The notes: a model not told the origin generated them from the sequence alone. A stretch of DNA of 64,000 nucleotides from Lachnospiraceae bacterium (GCA_963621995.1 CAVFFZ010000001.1:134522-198521), one strand, 5' to 3'. Shown: positions 1-10,424, numbered from the stretch's first letter. Numbers and translations: made by a program.

Positions 1-1
1 T

Positions 2-318
2 TTTGACTTAGTGCAACAAATACGAAAAAATAGACAACGACCCACTAGAACAGGAAGAAAAAGTATATTTCAAGGTAAAGTTTATTGTAATGATTGTAAA
101 GCAAAAAGGAAGAAAATGAATTAAAATCAAAAGTAGAAAAATTTACAAAATATTTATCGGAGATACACGATTTTCATAAAGGCGATGGTAAATATGAACG
201 TAAAATTGACATTTATTATAATGGTGTTGGAATAATTGGTGTTCCAACTACACCAGAAGATATGGAAGAATTATATCAAAAATATAAAAAACAAAAAGAA
301 TTTATAAAAGCATCATAA
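2..318 (+). pseudogene. Fragment resembling the C-terminal zinc-ribbon and coiled-coil region of a large serine recombinase. It reads ...GKVYCNDCKAKRKKMN then stops, and continues in the +1 frame to 318. It is 5'-truncated by the window edge and frameshifted.
   Basis: Frame 2 translation FDLVQQIRKNRQRPTRTGRKSIFQGKVYCNDCKAK resembles the first CxxC of a recombinase zinc ribbon. A stop at 122-124 is followed by an open +1 frame to 318. It lies tail-to-tail with the resolvase-domain ORF at 351-749. Confidence 0.3.
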
Positions 319-350
319 TTACAGCAAAATGGCGACTCCAGTAATTGTCC

Positions 351-752
<402 letters not shown>

Positions 753-922
753 TTATGAATAGAAAGGCAACTAAAAAAGTGCCACATAGCATAGTTTTAG
801 CTATTAGCACTTTTAGAGTTTTAATATTTATTATTACTATCTCTTTAATTCTCTTTTTATAACACAAATAAACCAATATAGTATAATTTTTAAAAAACTC
901 TAAAATGCTTTACCGCTCTATG

Positions 923-1270
<348 letters not shown>

Positions 1271-1562
1271 AAACGGTTTAAAGTTTTTGTGTTGCCAAAT
1301 TCTCATAATCTTGAAATTAAGTTATATCAAGTATTATAGAGAGTTCGACGAAAACTTGTCTTGGTGTGAACAGCGTAGTTATCTACAACTTCCTGGCTCT
1401 CATAACAATTGGTACAAATATCAATCAACTTCTGTAATTAATTTAGCATAAAAGTTATAAATTTTCAAGTAATTATTTGGAAAACATAAAAGAACTGTTA
1501 AAGTGTTAAAGACAAAGGAAAGGTACAAAGACACTTTACCTCTGATATCTCTTTTTCATCTA

Positions 1563-3248
1563 TTAGAACTCCTTTTTGCTTTTTATATAATCACTATATT
1601 TTTTTACAAGTATGTTATTTATTTTTTTCCAGAGTTTATATTTACACTTTTTCCTTGCAGGGCATTTCTTACAATTTGGACATTGTGGCGCTTTTATTTT
1701 CTTCAAAAACACATCCGTATTAAATACAATATAATTTACTTCGTTTATTTTTTTACTTTTAGATTTTTTACTAATTACATCTTTTAGCTCATTTAAATAA
1801 ATTTTTTCAAATTGGTCGATATCACTTTTTAATTTTTCATCTATGTATTCAATAGTTTCTTCATATCTTTTTAAGTTTATTAAATAAATAATAAAAACGT
1901 AAAAATAATCCAAAGCAAAATACTCACCTTTTATCAAGCAATTTATTCCCATCAAATTACTAGGTTTAATTAAATCCATATATTTTATATTTTTTGAACA
2001 TTCATAAAATATTTTCTCAAACTCTATATTTTCTTGTTTTTCAAATAGATTGAAATATATATTTTTAATTTTCTTCATATTAACAGAAATTCTTAGATTA
2101 ATTGGTTTAATAGTTTCTATTTCTGAAAAATTTGGAATATAAACCTTAAATGTGTTAAATCCCATCATTGAATAATCTTTAATATATATATTCATTTTAT
2201 TTTTCTTTGCAATCTCTAGGATAGTTTTTAATGCTTCCTTATTACCTTTTACATTCTTAAAAGGAAGCTCTTTTATATCTATTTCATTATCTACAAACAT
2301 GCTATTGGGATGAATACCAGCATTTGATGAATAACATTTCAACCAATTATTTTGTAAAAATTCTTCACCATATTCTTCTTTATATTTTTCATAACCATTA
2401 TTTATATTTTTCATCTTTGCTTCAATGTTTTCTTTTTTTAACCCTTGAAATGCTTCTGTAATACATCTTTGTAAGGCAATATTAAAATTTGGATCCGAAC
2501 CAACCGTAAATAAATATTTTGTGTTTCCTTTAAGTAGCATAAGACCAACAACAGGGAATTTACCACCTAATGAGCAATCTTTTATTTTATATTCAAATCC
2601 CATGTTTTTCAACTCTCTTAATTGCTCACTTATCGGATACTGTTCTGAGTTTTTTATCATAATATTTTTTACTTTTATTTCTTCAAACATTATTTTTTTA
2701 TAACAATATCTTTCAAATATTTCGCAAATTCCTTGTACTAATGCTTCTTCCTTTGAGTTTCCTGAGCAAAGACCATTAGAATGCGTTAAAAAATTAATTA
2801 ATCTTATTGGTAAATCTTCTTTTTCATTATTTATTATATTTTCAAACGATGTATAATATCTATACTTATCATTATATTTTATTAAGTCATTTAATGAATT
2901 CACCTCAATAAATTCAGAAAACTTATTGTAAAATTCATTATGTTCAAGATATTTTTCATCTTTATAAATTAACATATCCTCTTTATTTAAAAATGTTGAT
3001 TTTAACAAGAAATTTGCTTGCAATCTTTCCATAAATTCTGCATATGCACTTGCTAACGCATATTCTTTGGTTATGCCTTTACCATTTGTTCCAATTTCTT
3101 TTATTTCTTTTAATTCCACCCTAGTTGAATAAAATGAATTATTAATATTAATAATTTCTTTTTCTACTACGTTAATTTCAAACTTTTTTAATATTTTTTT
3201 TATTTTTTTTACTGTTTCTTCTGGTTTACATTCTTTTCTATTATACAT
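1563..3248 (-). CDS. ycaO: YcaO-domain protein, E. coli YcaO-like, standalone and non-TOMM type
   Basis: NGKGITKEYALASAYAEFMERL, SNGLCSGNSKEEALVQGICEIFERY and DCSLGGKFPVVGLML match the conserved blocks of E. coli YcaO (CFTNGKGATKKAALASALGEYFERL; SNGMSAGNTRNEARVQGLSEVFERY; DGSLGGQYPVICVVL). Confidence 0.8.
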   Translation of the reverse strand: MYNRKECKPEETVKKIKKILKKFEINVVEKEIININNSFYSTRVELKEIKEIGTNGKGITKEYALASAYAEFMERLQANFLLKSTFLNKEDMLIYKDEKYLEHNEFYNKFSEFIEVNSLNDLIKYNDKYRYYTSFENIINNEKEDLPIRLINFLTHSNGLCSGNSKEEALVQGICEIFERYCYKKIMFEEIKVKNIMIKNSEQYPISEQLRELKNMGFEYKIKDCSLGGKFPVVGLMLLKGNTKYLFTVGSDPNFNIALQRCITEAFQGLKKENIEAKMKNINNGYEKYKEEYGEEFLQNNWLKCYSSNAGIHPNSMFVDNEIDIKELPFKNVKGNKEALKTILEIAKKNKMNIYIKDYSMMGFNTFKVYIPNFSEIETIKPINLRISVNMKKIKNIYFNLFEKQENIEFEKIFYECSKNIKYMDLIKPSNLMGINCLIKGEYFALDYFYVFIIYLINLKRYEETIEYIDEKLKSDIDQFEKIYLNELKDVISKKSKSKKINEVNYIVFNTDVFLKKIKAPQCPNCKKCPARKKCKYKLWKKINNILVKKYSDYIKSKKEF

Positions 3249-3265
3249 CTTTTAACTCTTCCCTT

Positions 3266-3302
3266 TATAAAAATAAGAGAAGCCTATTCAATTAGACTTC
3301 TC
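3266..3302 (-). terminator. Intrinsic terminator-like hairpin (GAGAAGTCTAATTGAATAGGCTTCTC plus T-run) between the small ORF and ycaO
   Basis: 8-bp stem followed by TTATTTTTAT on the minus strand, 18 nt upstream of the ycaO ATG. Confidence 0.45.
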
Positions 3303-3311
3303 ATGTTTTAC

Positions 3312-3383
3312 TTAGTCTTGGCAATAGTTTCCGCCTAATTCTCTAATCATTGTTTTGTCATTTGCCTTTTCATTAATGACCAT
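3312..3383 (-). CDS. Unannotated 23-codon ORF MVINEKANDKTMIRELGGNYCQD. It is a candidate precursor-like peptide with an ELGG motif followed by a short Cys-containing tail.
   Basis: Read directly from the minus strand between the PEP-utilising gene stop (3397) and the terminator/ycaO. There is no strong Shine-Dalgarno sequence, so translational coupling to the upstream gene is possible. Confidence 0.3.
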   Translation of the reverse strand: MVINEKANDKTMIRELGGNYCQD

Positions 3384-3396
3384 TAATGGAGACTTT

Positions 3397-5193
3397 TTAC
3401 TTTTCAAAATCTTCTTTATAGCTTTTATCATCCTTAATCACCTCCTTTTCTTTTTTTTTTGTTTTTTCATATATTCTACTTGAACATACTTCACCTGTAG
3501 TGCCATTTACATAGATTTCATTTTCGTCTCGCAAAGCTTTTAAAGCCTTCCTCCCAACTCCAGTTACACAAGGAATTCCTAATTCTCTAGCAATAATAGC
3601 TGAATGGCATAACATTCCTCCTACAGCTGTAACCAAACCAGATGATCTAGACATAATATCTAGCCAATCAGGATCTGTAAACATTGATATTAATATATCT
3701 CCATCATTCCATTTTTCTATATCTTTTAAATTTCTATAATAAGCTGATTTTCCTATTACTTCTCCTGTTGATGCTGGAGAACCTACAAAGATTTCTTCAT
3801 CAGAATTTGTTAAAGTTTTATTTTTCTCCATAGAAACTTCTCTTGTAACAGGTCTGTATTGCAATAATATCAATTCTCCATCTATAACACACCACTCCAT
3901 ATCAGCCGTGTCTCCATTAAACTTAGCTAGTGCGTTTTGAATATCTAATAATTGCTTTCCTATATAATCGTTAGTTTTTATTCCATCTTGTGTACCATTA
4001 GTTCTATTCCATTCTTCTCTTATTGGAGTCTCTTTTCCAGAAACTAATTTTTCGCCATTTCCTTTTTTCCATTCTAAAATACCTTTATCTTCACTTTGTC
4101 CTATCCAAACTCCTGATATTTCTGGCTCAATAAATTCTTGTATTATAACATTCATATTTGGTTGTTGTAAGTTATTTATTTCAATATATTTTTTTACCCT
4201 ATCATTCTTTACAGATTGCTTTACATCTCTTACTCTATCTATAATATTTTTCTTTTCAACATTTAAATATGAATCAAACATTCCAGCAAAAGAGTGTATT
4301 CCACCATCTTCTGCATTAGCAGAACTTCTAACAGCATATTTTTTATTTTCATCAAGTAAATTTTTAATTTCATTATCTTCTATTTCAACATAATAAGGTA
4401 TAACATAAGTTTTAGGTATCTTAATTTCACTTGCTCTTAATTTTGCCAATCCCAATGCTTTTCCACCTATCATATCTTTCAATTCGTCTTCCAAACCTGA
4501 TTCATAAAGCTTTGCCAAATATTCTATTGGTACAATTTTCATTTTTTTCAAATCTTCTTTTGCTCTTTTTACTAGTGTTTTTTTATGTATTAACATTAGG
4601 TTTTGATCTGGTTCATCTATATATTCTAATTCTAATGGATAAAGAGGTCTAATTCGTTTCATAGAATAAAGTCTTTGTTCATCTTGCCATTTTTTCATTA
4701 CCAAATACTTTTTCATTTCTTCATCATTAGGTAATTGTAGATTCTGTTCTTTTAATATCGTTTTTCCATCGACTGATAAATATGCTCTATCTATCTTTTT
4801 AACAATATCTAGATAATCTTTTCCATATTTCTTTTTTATATCTTCTATTATTTTTTCACTAAATGAACTATTTTCATTTAGTGCTTCTACTAAGCAAAAA
4901 TACGCCAAACCTCGTAATGAATAATTTACTTTCTTTTCATATTCTTCTGCCTTATCTCTCAATTTAAATTGTCCTTCTGCCTTTGCTCTCAGCATTTGAA
5001 ATAATTCGTCTATTTCTTTTGCAGTTCTTTCTTTGCTAACATACTCAATTATAGAATTTACTTCATTCATATAATCACTATCATGTATAGCTTCCATTAA
5101 ATTTCTGAAATAAAATGTTTCAGCATCTTTTGTTATAAAGTTGTCCACTTTTTCTTTAAAAAGTTTAAAATCCTCTACACTAACTTCTCTCAT
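3397..5193 (-). CDS. PEP-utilising enzyme family protein of PEP synthase/rifampicin-phosphotransferase-like architecture. It has an ATP-grasp PEP/pyruvate-binding module plus a C-terminal phospho-His swivel domain, with a ~220-aa unknown N-terminal region.
   Basis: GGKALGLAKL (PPDK_N-type nucleotide-binding loop) and TAVGGMLCHSAIIARELGIPCVTGV (PEP-utilising mobile-domain His motif). Confidence 0.7.
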   Translation of the reverse strand: MREVSVEDFKLFKEKVDNFITKDAETFYFRNLMEAIHDSDYMNEVNSIIEYVSKERTAKEIDELFQMLRAKAEGQFKLRDKAEEYEKKVNYSLRGLAYFCLVEALNENSSFSEKIIEDIKKKYGKDYLDIVKKIDRAYLSVDGKTILKEQNLQLPNDEEMKKYLVMKKWQDEQRLYSMKRIRPLYPLELEYIDEPDQNLMLIHKKTLVKRAKEDLKKMKIVPIEYLAKLYESGLEDELKDMIGGKALGLAKLRASEIKIPKTYVIPYYVEIEDNEIKNLLDENKKYAVRSSANAEDGGIHSFAGMFDSYLNVEKKNIIDRVRDVKQSVKNDRVKKYIEINNLQQPNMNVIIQEFIEPEISGVWIGQSEDKGILEWKKGNGEKLVSGKETPIREEWNRTNGTQDGIKTNDYIGKQLLDIQNALAKFNGDTADMEWCVIDGELILLQYRPVTREVSMEKNKTLTNSDEEIFVGSPASTGEVIGKSAYYRNLKDIEKWNDGDILISMFTDPDWLDIMSRSSGLVTAVGGMLCHSAIIARELGIPCVTGVGRKALKALRDENEIYVNGTTGEVCSSRIYEKTKKKEKEVIKDDKSYKEDFEK

Positions 5194-5206
5194 ACTTTCC
5201 TCCTAA

Positions 5207-6478
5207 TTATATATCAATTATTTTATCTCTTTTTAATGCAATTAACAATTCCTTTGTTTCATTATAAAGTTTAGGTTTAATTTTTGCAATATATTCTCCT
5301 GTATAATTTCCATCAATAATTTTTAATATATTTAAAGTTGCTTTATTACATTGCCTTAAAGGATGTGCTATTAAAATATAACGATTATATTTTTCTTTTC
5401 TCACATTTTTTATTTTTAATTTTAATTTTTTGTTTTTTATTTCATTCCATATTTGGATTTCATTTTTTTCTAATAACTCATCGCAGGATTCTTTCCAAAA
5501 TTTGCCACTTAATTCTGCTTTGCACCCTCCTCTACATTTTAATAATTCATTACAGTTTTTGCATCTTAATGGTAACCAGCTCATTTTTTGAAATTTTTTA
5601 TTTTCTCTACATTTCCATATTTTTTCAAATTTATCATTTTTCATATTTCCCAAAACAAAATTTGAGCTTGCACAAATCTTAACATCTCCATTAGCCTCTA
5701 TAGCACAAAATTTATAGCCTGCTCCGCAACCATGGCATAAATACCTGTACTTATCTTCTAATTGGCAAAAAGCAATACAATTACTTATTTTAATATCAAA
5801 GCCTTCATTATTTAGTTGATTTACTATTTCAATCATATTTTTCAAATTATCCTTTGTGTAGTTTTTTCCATTTCCGATATAATTTAGTCGTGCAACTGTT
5901 AGTTTCCAATTGTATTTTTCACACAATGTTGCTAGAGACTTTATATTATTATATTCTGTGTTTTCTGGAACAGTAGTACAATTTATATTTATTGATATGT
6001 TTTTAAAATCTTCTTCCACATATTTTAACCCATTAATAATTTGTTTGTAGCAATCCTTTTGAGAAAGTTTATTATGTGTTTTTTCGTTTCCATGTATAGA
6101 TACACCTAATGAATTAATATACTTTAATACTTTTCTTATATTTTCTTGTTCTAATAATACACCATTTGTAATTAGTATCTGATTAAATCCTAATTCATAT
6201 CCATACTCTAACAATTCTTCTAAGTATTTATATAATAATGGTTCGCCACCAGTATAATATATATTACATACACCTATTAATTTTAATTCTTTCAATATTT
6301 TTTTTGCAAGTTCAAAATCCATGTCTACACAACTATTATTTTCTGATTGAGAACAAAATTTACAGCTTAACATACATTTACTAGTTATTTTCATATATAC
6401 AGATATTGGATTTTTTAAGGTCTTTAAATTTATTTTTTTCCTTGTATCAACATTTCCATATTTATATATTTGATTCAT
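5207..6478 (-). CDS. Radical SAM enzyme with a C-terminal SPASM domain (peptide/protein-modifying maturase type). It has an ~80-aa C-terminal extension.
   Basis: CMLSCKFC (CxxxCxxC), GGEPLL, CHGCGAGYKFCAIEANGDVKICASS...CKNCNELLKCRGGCKA auxiliary cluster motifs. Confidence 0.8.
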   Translation of the reverse strand: MNQIYKYGNVDTRKKINLKTLKNPISVYMKITSKCMLSCKFCSQSENNSCVDMDFELAKKILKELKLIGVCNIYYTGGEPLLYKYLEELLEYGYELGFNQILITNGVLLEQENIRKVLKYINSLGVSIHGNEKTHNKLSQKDCYKQIINGLKYVEEDFKNISININCTTVPENTEYNNIKSLATLCEKYNWKLTVARLNYIGNGKNYTKDNLKNMIEIVNQLNNEGFDIKISNCIAFCQLEDKYRYLCHGCGAGYKFCAIEANGDVKICASSNFVLGNMKNDKFEKIWKCRENKKFQKMSWLPLRCKNCNELLKCRGGCKAELSGKFWKESCDELLEKNEIQIWNEIKNKKLKLKIKNVRKEKYNRYILIAHPLRQCNKATLNILKIIDGNYTGEYIAKIKPKLYNETKELLIALKRDKIIDI

Positions 6479-6714
6479 TATAATTACCTTTCTTTTTCAA
6501 TTTCTCTATGTGTGAGAATCTCATAAGTTTTATATTTTTTATCATATCTAATTCTTCTTTTGATATTTCATTATTTTTAGATAAGATCCTTAATTTTTGC
6601 AATATATATAACTCTCTTAAAATTTTTTCTTCATTGTCATCTGGCGAATGTATATAACTTAATGTATGAAATTTAAATATTCCTTCTCCACTTATTCTAG
6701 AACTTTTTCTAAGA

Positions 6715-6939
6715 TTACCGTGACTTATCCTTCAAAATAATTTCACTAGTTTTTGTTTTATCAGTGTTTATTTCTTTTACTTTTGCTAGATTTATTAACA
6801 AATATAATTTATCACTTTCACTATATTTCTCTCTAATTTCTTTTTTAAACTTTAGAATATCTTTTTCAAAATTTTCATTGCCATAAATGTTTTTTATTAA
6901 AACTACGATTGCTTCATTTCCAAATAAATAGTTTATCAT
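6715..6939 (-). CDS. Hypothetical 74-aa protein without Cys. A second frame is open across its 3' end into the start of the rSAM/SPASM gene.
   Basis: ORF track. An overlapping 89-codon open frame at 6462-6731 overlaps both this ORF and the downstream gene start. Confidence 0.35.
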   Translation of the reverse strand: MINYLFGNEAIVVLIKNIYGNENFEKDILKFKKEIREKYSESDKLYLLINLAKVKEINTDKTKTSEIILKDKSR

Positions 6940-7148
6940 ATTTGCTAAAGACTCAAAACTTGTTTCAAACTCACTATTCGTTTTTAGCTGATTTTCATAA
7001 AGTTTCTTGCATCAATTACTCCATATAATTTTATACTTCCTAATTTACTTCTTTGTATTTTATCATATATCTCTGGAAATTTTTTTTGACTTTCTGGTTT
7101 TAACATCAAATAATCATATTTTACCATAACACATTTTACTTATATATT

Positions 7149-7967
7149 TTAATAAAACTCTATTGCATTATATTCTGTAATAGCTCTTGAATCGTTAATT
7201 AAAATTATTCTTCCTTTCCATTTTTTATTTTTATTCAAAAATTGTTCAATTATTTTTTGTAAGTTTTCTTTACTTAATGGTTTTAAACTTTTATCTCTTC
7301 GTTTTTCACCACATAAATTGTTTATTTTTAAATAAATTCTATCTCCTAATTTATCTAAGATATCAGCAAATTTTTGCATATCTTCATAATTAAAATTATT
7401 ATACGCCACAAAAGTAACAATTGTTCTTACACTTTTATATTTAGATGATAAAGCAATAGTTTTTAAAACATTGTCCCAACATAAATTTGAATTTTTTATT
7501 CCTGCTGTAGTGATAGCTTCTTCTTTTGTTAATCCCTTTAAAGAAACTCCTAAAACATCAACTAAATTTTTCTTTAATAATTTTTCTACAATAGCTGGTA
7601 ACGAACCATTTGTATCTAAAAACACAATTCCATTATTTTGTTTAACAATCTGTAATTCCTCTTCTAAATAAATATTTAGACAAGGTTCTCCACCAGTAAA
7701 TTTAAACATATTTCCTTTTTTTATTAATTCTAATACTCTTAATCTAAAATCTTTAATTTCCATATAATTAGCTTTATGCTCTGTCTTCACTGCATATTTA
7801 CAAAATGCACAAGAAAAATTACACTTGCTATATGCCATTGCATGTGAATTTCTAGTATCGAATTTTTCACTTCTGTCTATGCACTTAGGAGCAAAAAAAT
7901 TTTCACCTATACTTACATCAATTTTCATTTCCTTCTCCATAATATTATTTTTTACAATAAAAGACAA
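7149..7967 (-). CDS. Small radical SAM protein (272 aa) with a PflA/QueE/NrdG-like core
   Basis: CNFSCAFC CxxxCxxC motif, FTGGEPCL, FLDTNGS. Confidence 0.7.
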   Translation of the reverse strand: MSFIVKNNIMEKEMKIDVSIGENFFAPKCIDRSEKFDTRNSHAMAYSKCNFSCAFCKYAVKTEHKANYMEIKDFRLRVLELIKKGNMFKFTGGEPCLNIYLEEELQIVKQNNGIVFLDTNGSLPAIVEKLLKKNLVDVLGVSLKGLTKEEAITTAGIKNSNLCWDNVLKTIALSSKYKSVRTIVTFVAYNNFNYEDMQKFADILDKLGDRIYLKINNLCGEKRRDKSLKPLSKENLQKIIEQFLNKNKKWKGRIILINDSRAITEYNAIEFY

Positions 7968-7984
7968 GGGGACATATCCACTTG

Positions 7985-8030
7985 TCTTTTGTTGTTTTAA
8001 CTATTATCATCGATTACTATATTAACATAA
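7985..8030 (-). terminator. Terminator hairpin AAAAGACAAGgggacatatccaCTTGTCTTTTGTTGTTTT downstream of the 8061-8861 gene
   Basis: 10-bp perfect stem plus T-rich tail on the minus strand. Confidence 0.5.
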
Positions 8031-8060
8031 TTTTATTGTATTGTCAATATTTTCAATTTA

Positions 8061-8861
8061 TTAGTTAATATCTCTCTTTTTGTTCTTATTCGCTTTGCTT
8101 TCATCTGGTATTATTACCTTTCTATAAATATTATTAGCTATTTCATTATCGTTGTCATCAAATATTCCGTTTCTATATAAATCATCACTAACAATTTTAT
8201 AATTTTCACTTTTATCATAGCAAATTTTTTTGTGAAAGTGGCTCATAATACTATGCCAAAAGCTTTTGAATCTCTGTAATTCTTGTTTTAGTTTTTCTTT
8301 TTCAGTTTGTAACTTGCCTATAATCTTATCTTTAGTAGATAGTTCCTTTTTTAAATTGCCGATTTCATTATCTTTTAGTCCTATTTCATATTTAAGTGAA
8401 CGGTTTTCCTTTTCTATTTCAAGGCTAGAATGTTCAAAATCTTTAATTGCCATATTTAAGCCATTTACATTTCTTACTGTCTGGGTTATATCTTTTACAT
8501 CTTCTGTATAATTTTTGATTTTTTGAACATCTTCATTTGAAATAAGCATATTGTTTTTCTTTAGTTTAGCAGGCTTTAAATTATTTAAAATCTTATCTAT
8601 ATCCTTACTTGTATTTTCAATCTCTCTAGTTTGAATATTAGCTTTTTCAAGTCTTTGTTCTTTTTGCCTTAGTTGTTTCTTAATTTTTCTATAATTAACC
8701 ATTTCATTAACATTGATGTCTTGATTTCTACCTTTTTGCTTTTCTTTTAGTCTAGTATTAACCTCATAAAACTTGTTATATGACTTAATACAAGCATTTC
8801 TCATTTTATCTTGTATTTCTGTTAAAGATGTTTTTGTAAATAGCTTAGTTTTCCCAACCAA
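8061..8861 (-). CDS. Hypothetical coiled-coil protein (266 aa) next to the integrase, possibly mobile-element associated
   Basis: Charged heptad-rich sequence with no recognisable catalytic motif. Confidence 0.4.
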   Translation of the reverse strand: MVGKTKLFTKTSLTEIQDKMRNACIKSYNKFYEVNTRLKEKQKGRNQDINVNEMVNYRKIKKQLRQKEQRLEKANIQTREIENTSKDIDKILNNLKPAKLKKNNMLISNEDVQKIKNYTEDVKDITQTVRNVNGLNMAIKDFEHSSLEIEKENRSLKYEIGLKDNEIGNLKKELSTKDKIIGKLQTEKEKLKQELQRFKSFWHSIMSHFHKKICYDKSENYKIVSDDLYRNGIFDDNDNEIANNIYRKVIIPDESKANKNKKRDIN

Positions 8862-9200
8862 TGAAATAATCGTTCTAAATAGCTTGTATCAAGGAATACA
8901 GGCTATCTTATTATTCTTCACTGTTTATATTTTTGAATAATTTTAAATATTTAATTTTCACTAGAGTACCAATGCTTTTCACGATTTTTCATTTTTCTTA
9001 ATTTTTAATTTTCTAAACTACCAACTAAACAAGCGACATTATTTTTTTCTATAATTAAATTTTGTTTATTTGATAAAGTGATTTTTTTAACAAATTCTTA
9101 TTTTTGAAAAATACGAAACTCATATATACTAGATATATCAATGACTTACGAGAAATAAATTTGTTTAGTTGATAGCTTGAAATTTGTAATAACTTAGTAA

Positions 9201-10424
9201 TTATCTTTCATTTTCAATGTTATTTTCTTTGTTTTTTTCACTTAATAAACTGTTTCCAATTAAATTCTCATTTAAGTAATATTGATTTACTTTGTCAATT
9301 TCTCTTTCCTTATATTTATCAAAAACTGACGTATATGTATTTAATGTAACACTGATGTTTTTATGACCCATTAATCTTTGAACTACTACTGAAGCGACAC
9401 CACTTTCAATACAACGTGTTCCAAAGGTATGCCTTAAAGAATGACTAGAAATATCAGTAACATTAAATTCTTTTTTGAAAATTCTTTTTAACTCATTATT
9501 TATAGTAGAACGTCTGCAATATTTACTATTATAAGGTTTAAAAAGTAGTTTTTCTTCATTATTTATTTGAGTGTCTGCAATTTTCATTTGTTCTATAATA
9601 TAAGGATAAAGAAAATACGGAATAGGCAATATTCTTTTTCCTGCATAAGTCTTTGTTTTATTTCCCATTATAATATTACCTTTTTCGTCTGTTGTTAATG
9701 TTCTATGAATATTTATCCTTTTATGTTGTAAGTCAATATCGTGTATTGTAAGTGCCAATGCTTCGCCAATTCTTAAACCTGTATACATTTGAATTAAAAA
9801 TACATTTCTATACTTAAATTCATTTATAGGTTTATCAATAAGAAAATTTGTAAATTGCTGTTGTTCTTTTACTGTTAATGCACGTACAATTTTATCTTCT
9901 TTATCACTTTTTGGTTGAATAACATTTGCCATAGGGTTTTGTGTTATATATCCCTTATTCATTGCAGTAGTAAAAGCCTGATTTAATTGTTGATATGCCT
10001 TTTCTATCATTGAATTACTTAAATGCTTTAGAGAGTTTAAGTATTCTTGTAATTCGTCTTGTTTTATTGTATCAATGTTTTTATTTCCAAGTGATAGTTT
10101 TTCTAATTGCTGTATTGAGTGCAAAGTACGTCCATATTGTGCTGGAGAAATTTGATTTGTATTATATTTTAAGTTTAAATTTTGCTTTAAAATCTCACAT
10201 AGTGGTATTCCGTTGTGTTCAATATATAATGGGTTTTCTTTTTGATACATAACAGTATCTAAATATCTTCTTGCATCTTCTTCGGTTTTAAAACTTTTAG
10301 TTTTTAACTGCAATTTTCCTGTCTTTATGACATACTCTCTATATTGTGCGTTCCAACATTTTCTTTGTTTATTAAAAAATACATATCCTTCACTACTTCC
10401 TTTTTCTGCCATATTACACACCAC
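9201..10424 (-). CDS. int: Site-specific tyrosine recombinase / phage-type integrase
   Basis: C-terminal HSLRHTFGTRCIESGVASVVVQRLMGHKNISVTLNTYTSV (R...HxxR...Y catalytic region) and RILPIP box. Confidence 0.85.
   Translation of the reverse strand: MVCNMAEKGSSEGYVFFNKQRKCWNAQYREYVIKTGKLQLKTKSFKTEEDARRYLDTVMYQKENPLYIEHNGIPLCEILKQNLNLKYNTNQISPAQYGRTLHSIQQLEKLSLGNKNIDTIKQDELQEYLNSLKHLSNSMIEKAYQQLNQAFTTAMNKGYITQNPMANVIQPKSDKEDKIVRALTVKEQQQFTNFLIDKPINEFKYRNVFLIQMYTGLRIGEALALTIHDIDLQHKRINIHRTLTTDEKGNIIMGNKTKTYAGKRILPIPYFLYPYIIEQMKIADTQINNEEKLLFKPYNSKYCRRSTINNELKRIFKKEFNVTDISSHSLRHTFGTRCIESGVASVVVQRLMGHKNISVTLNTYTSVFDKYKEREIDKVNQYYLNENLIGNSLLSEKNKENNIENER

Noticed and set aside
1503-1787. Plus-strand ORFs of 60-150 aa embedded antisense in long minus-strand genes. 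Examples: 1503-1787, 2521-2703, 4431-4652, 5338-5682, 15614-15886, 24986-25702, 43064-43525, 50443-51286.
   Set aside because: They are low-complexity Phe/Leu/Ile-rich translations of the AT-rich antisense strand of well-supported genes. They have no start-site context and are treated as spurious.
1563-3248. Considered calling the YcaO a TOMM/azoline-forming cyclodehydratase (thiazole/oxazole RiPP).
   Set aside because: Its conserved blocks match the standalone E. coli YcaO type. There is no adjacent E1-like (C protein), dehydrogenase or TfuA partner. It was kept as a generic YcaO within an unusual cluster.
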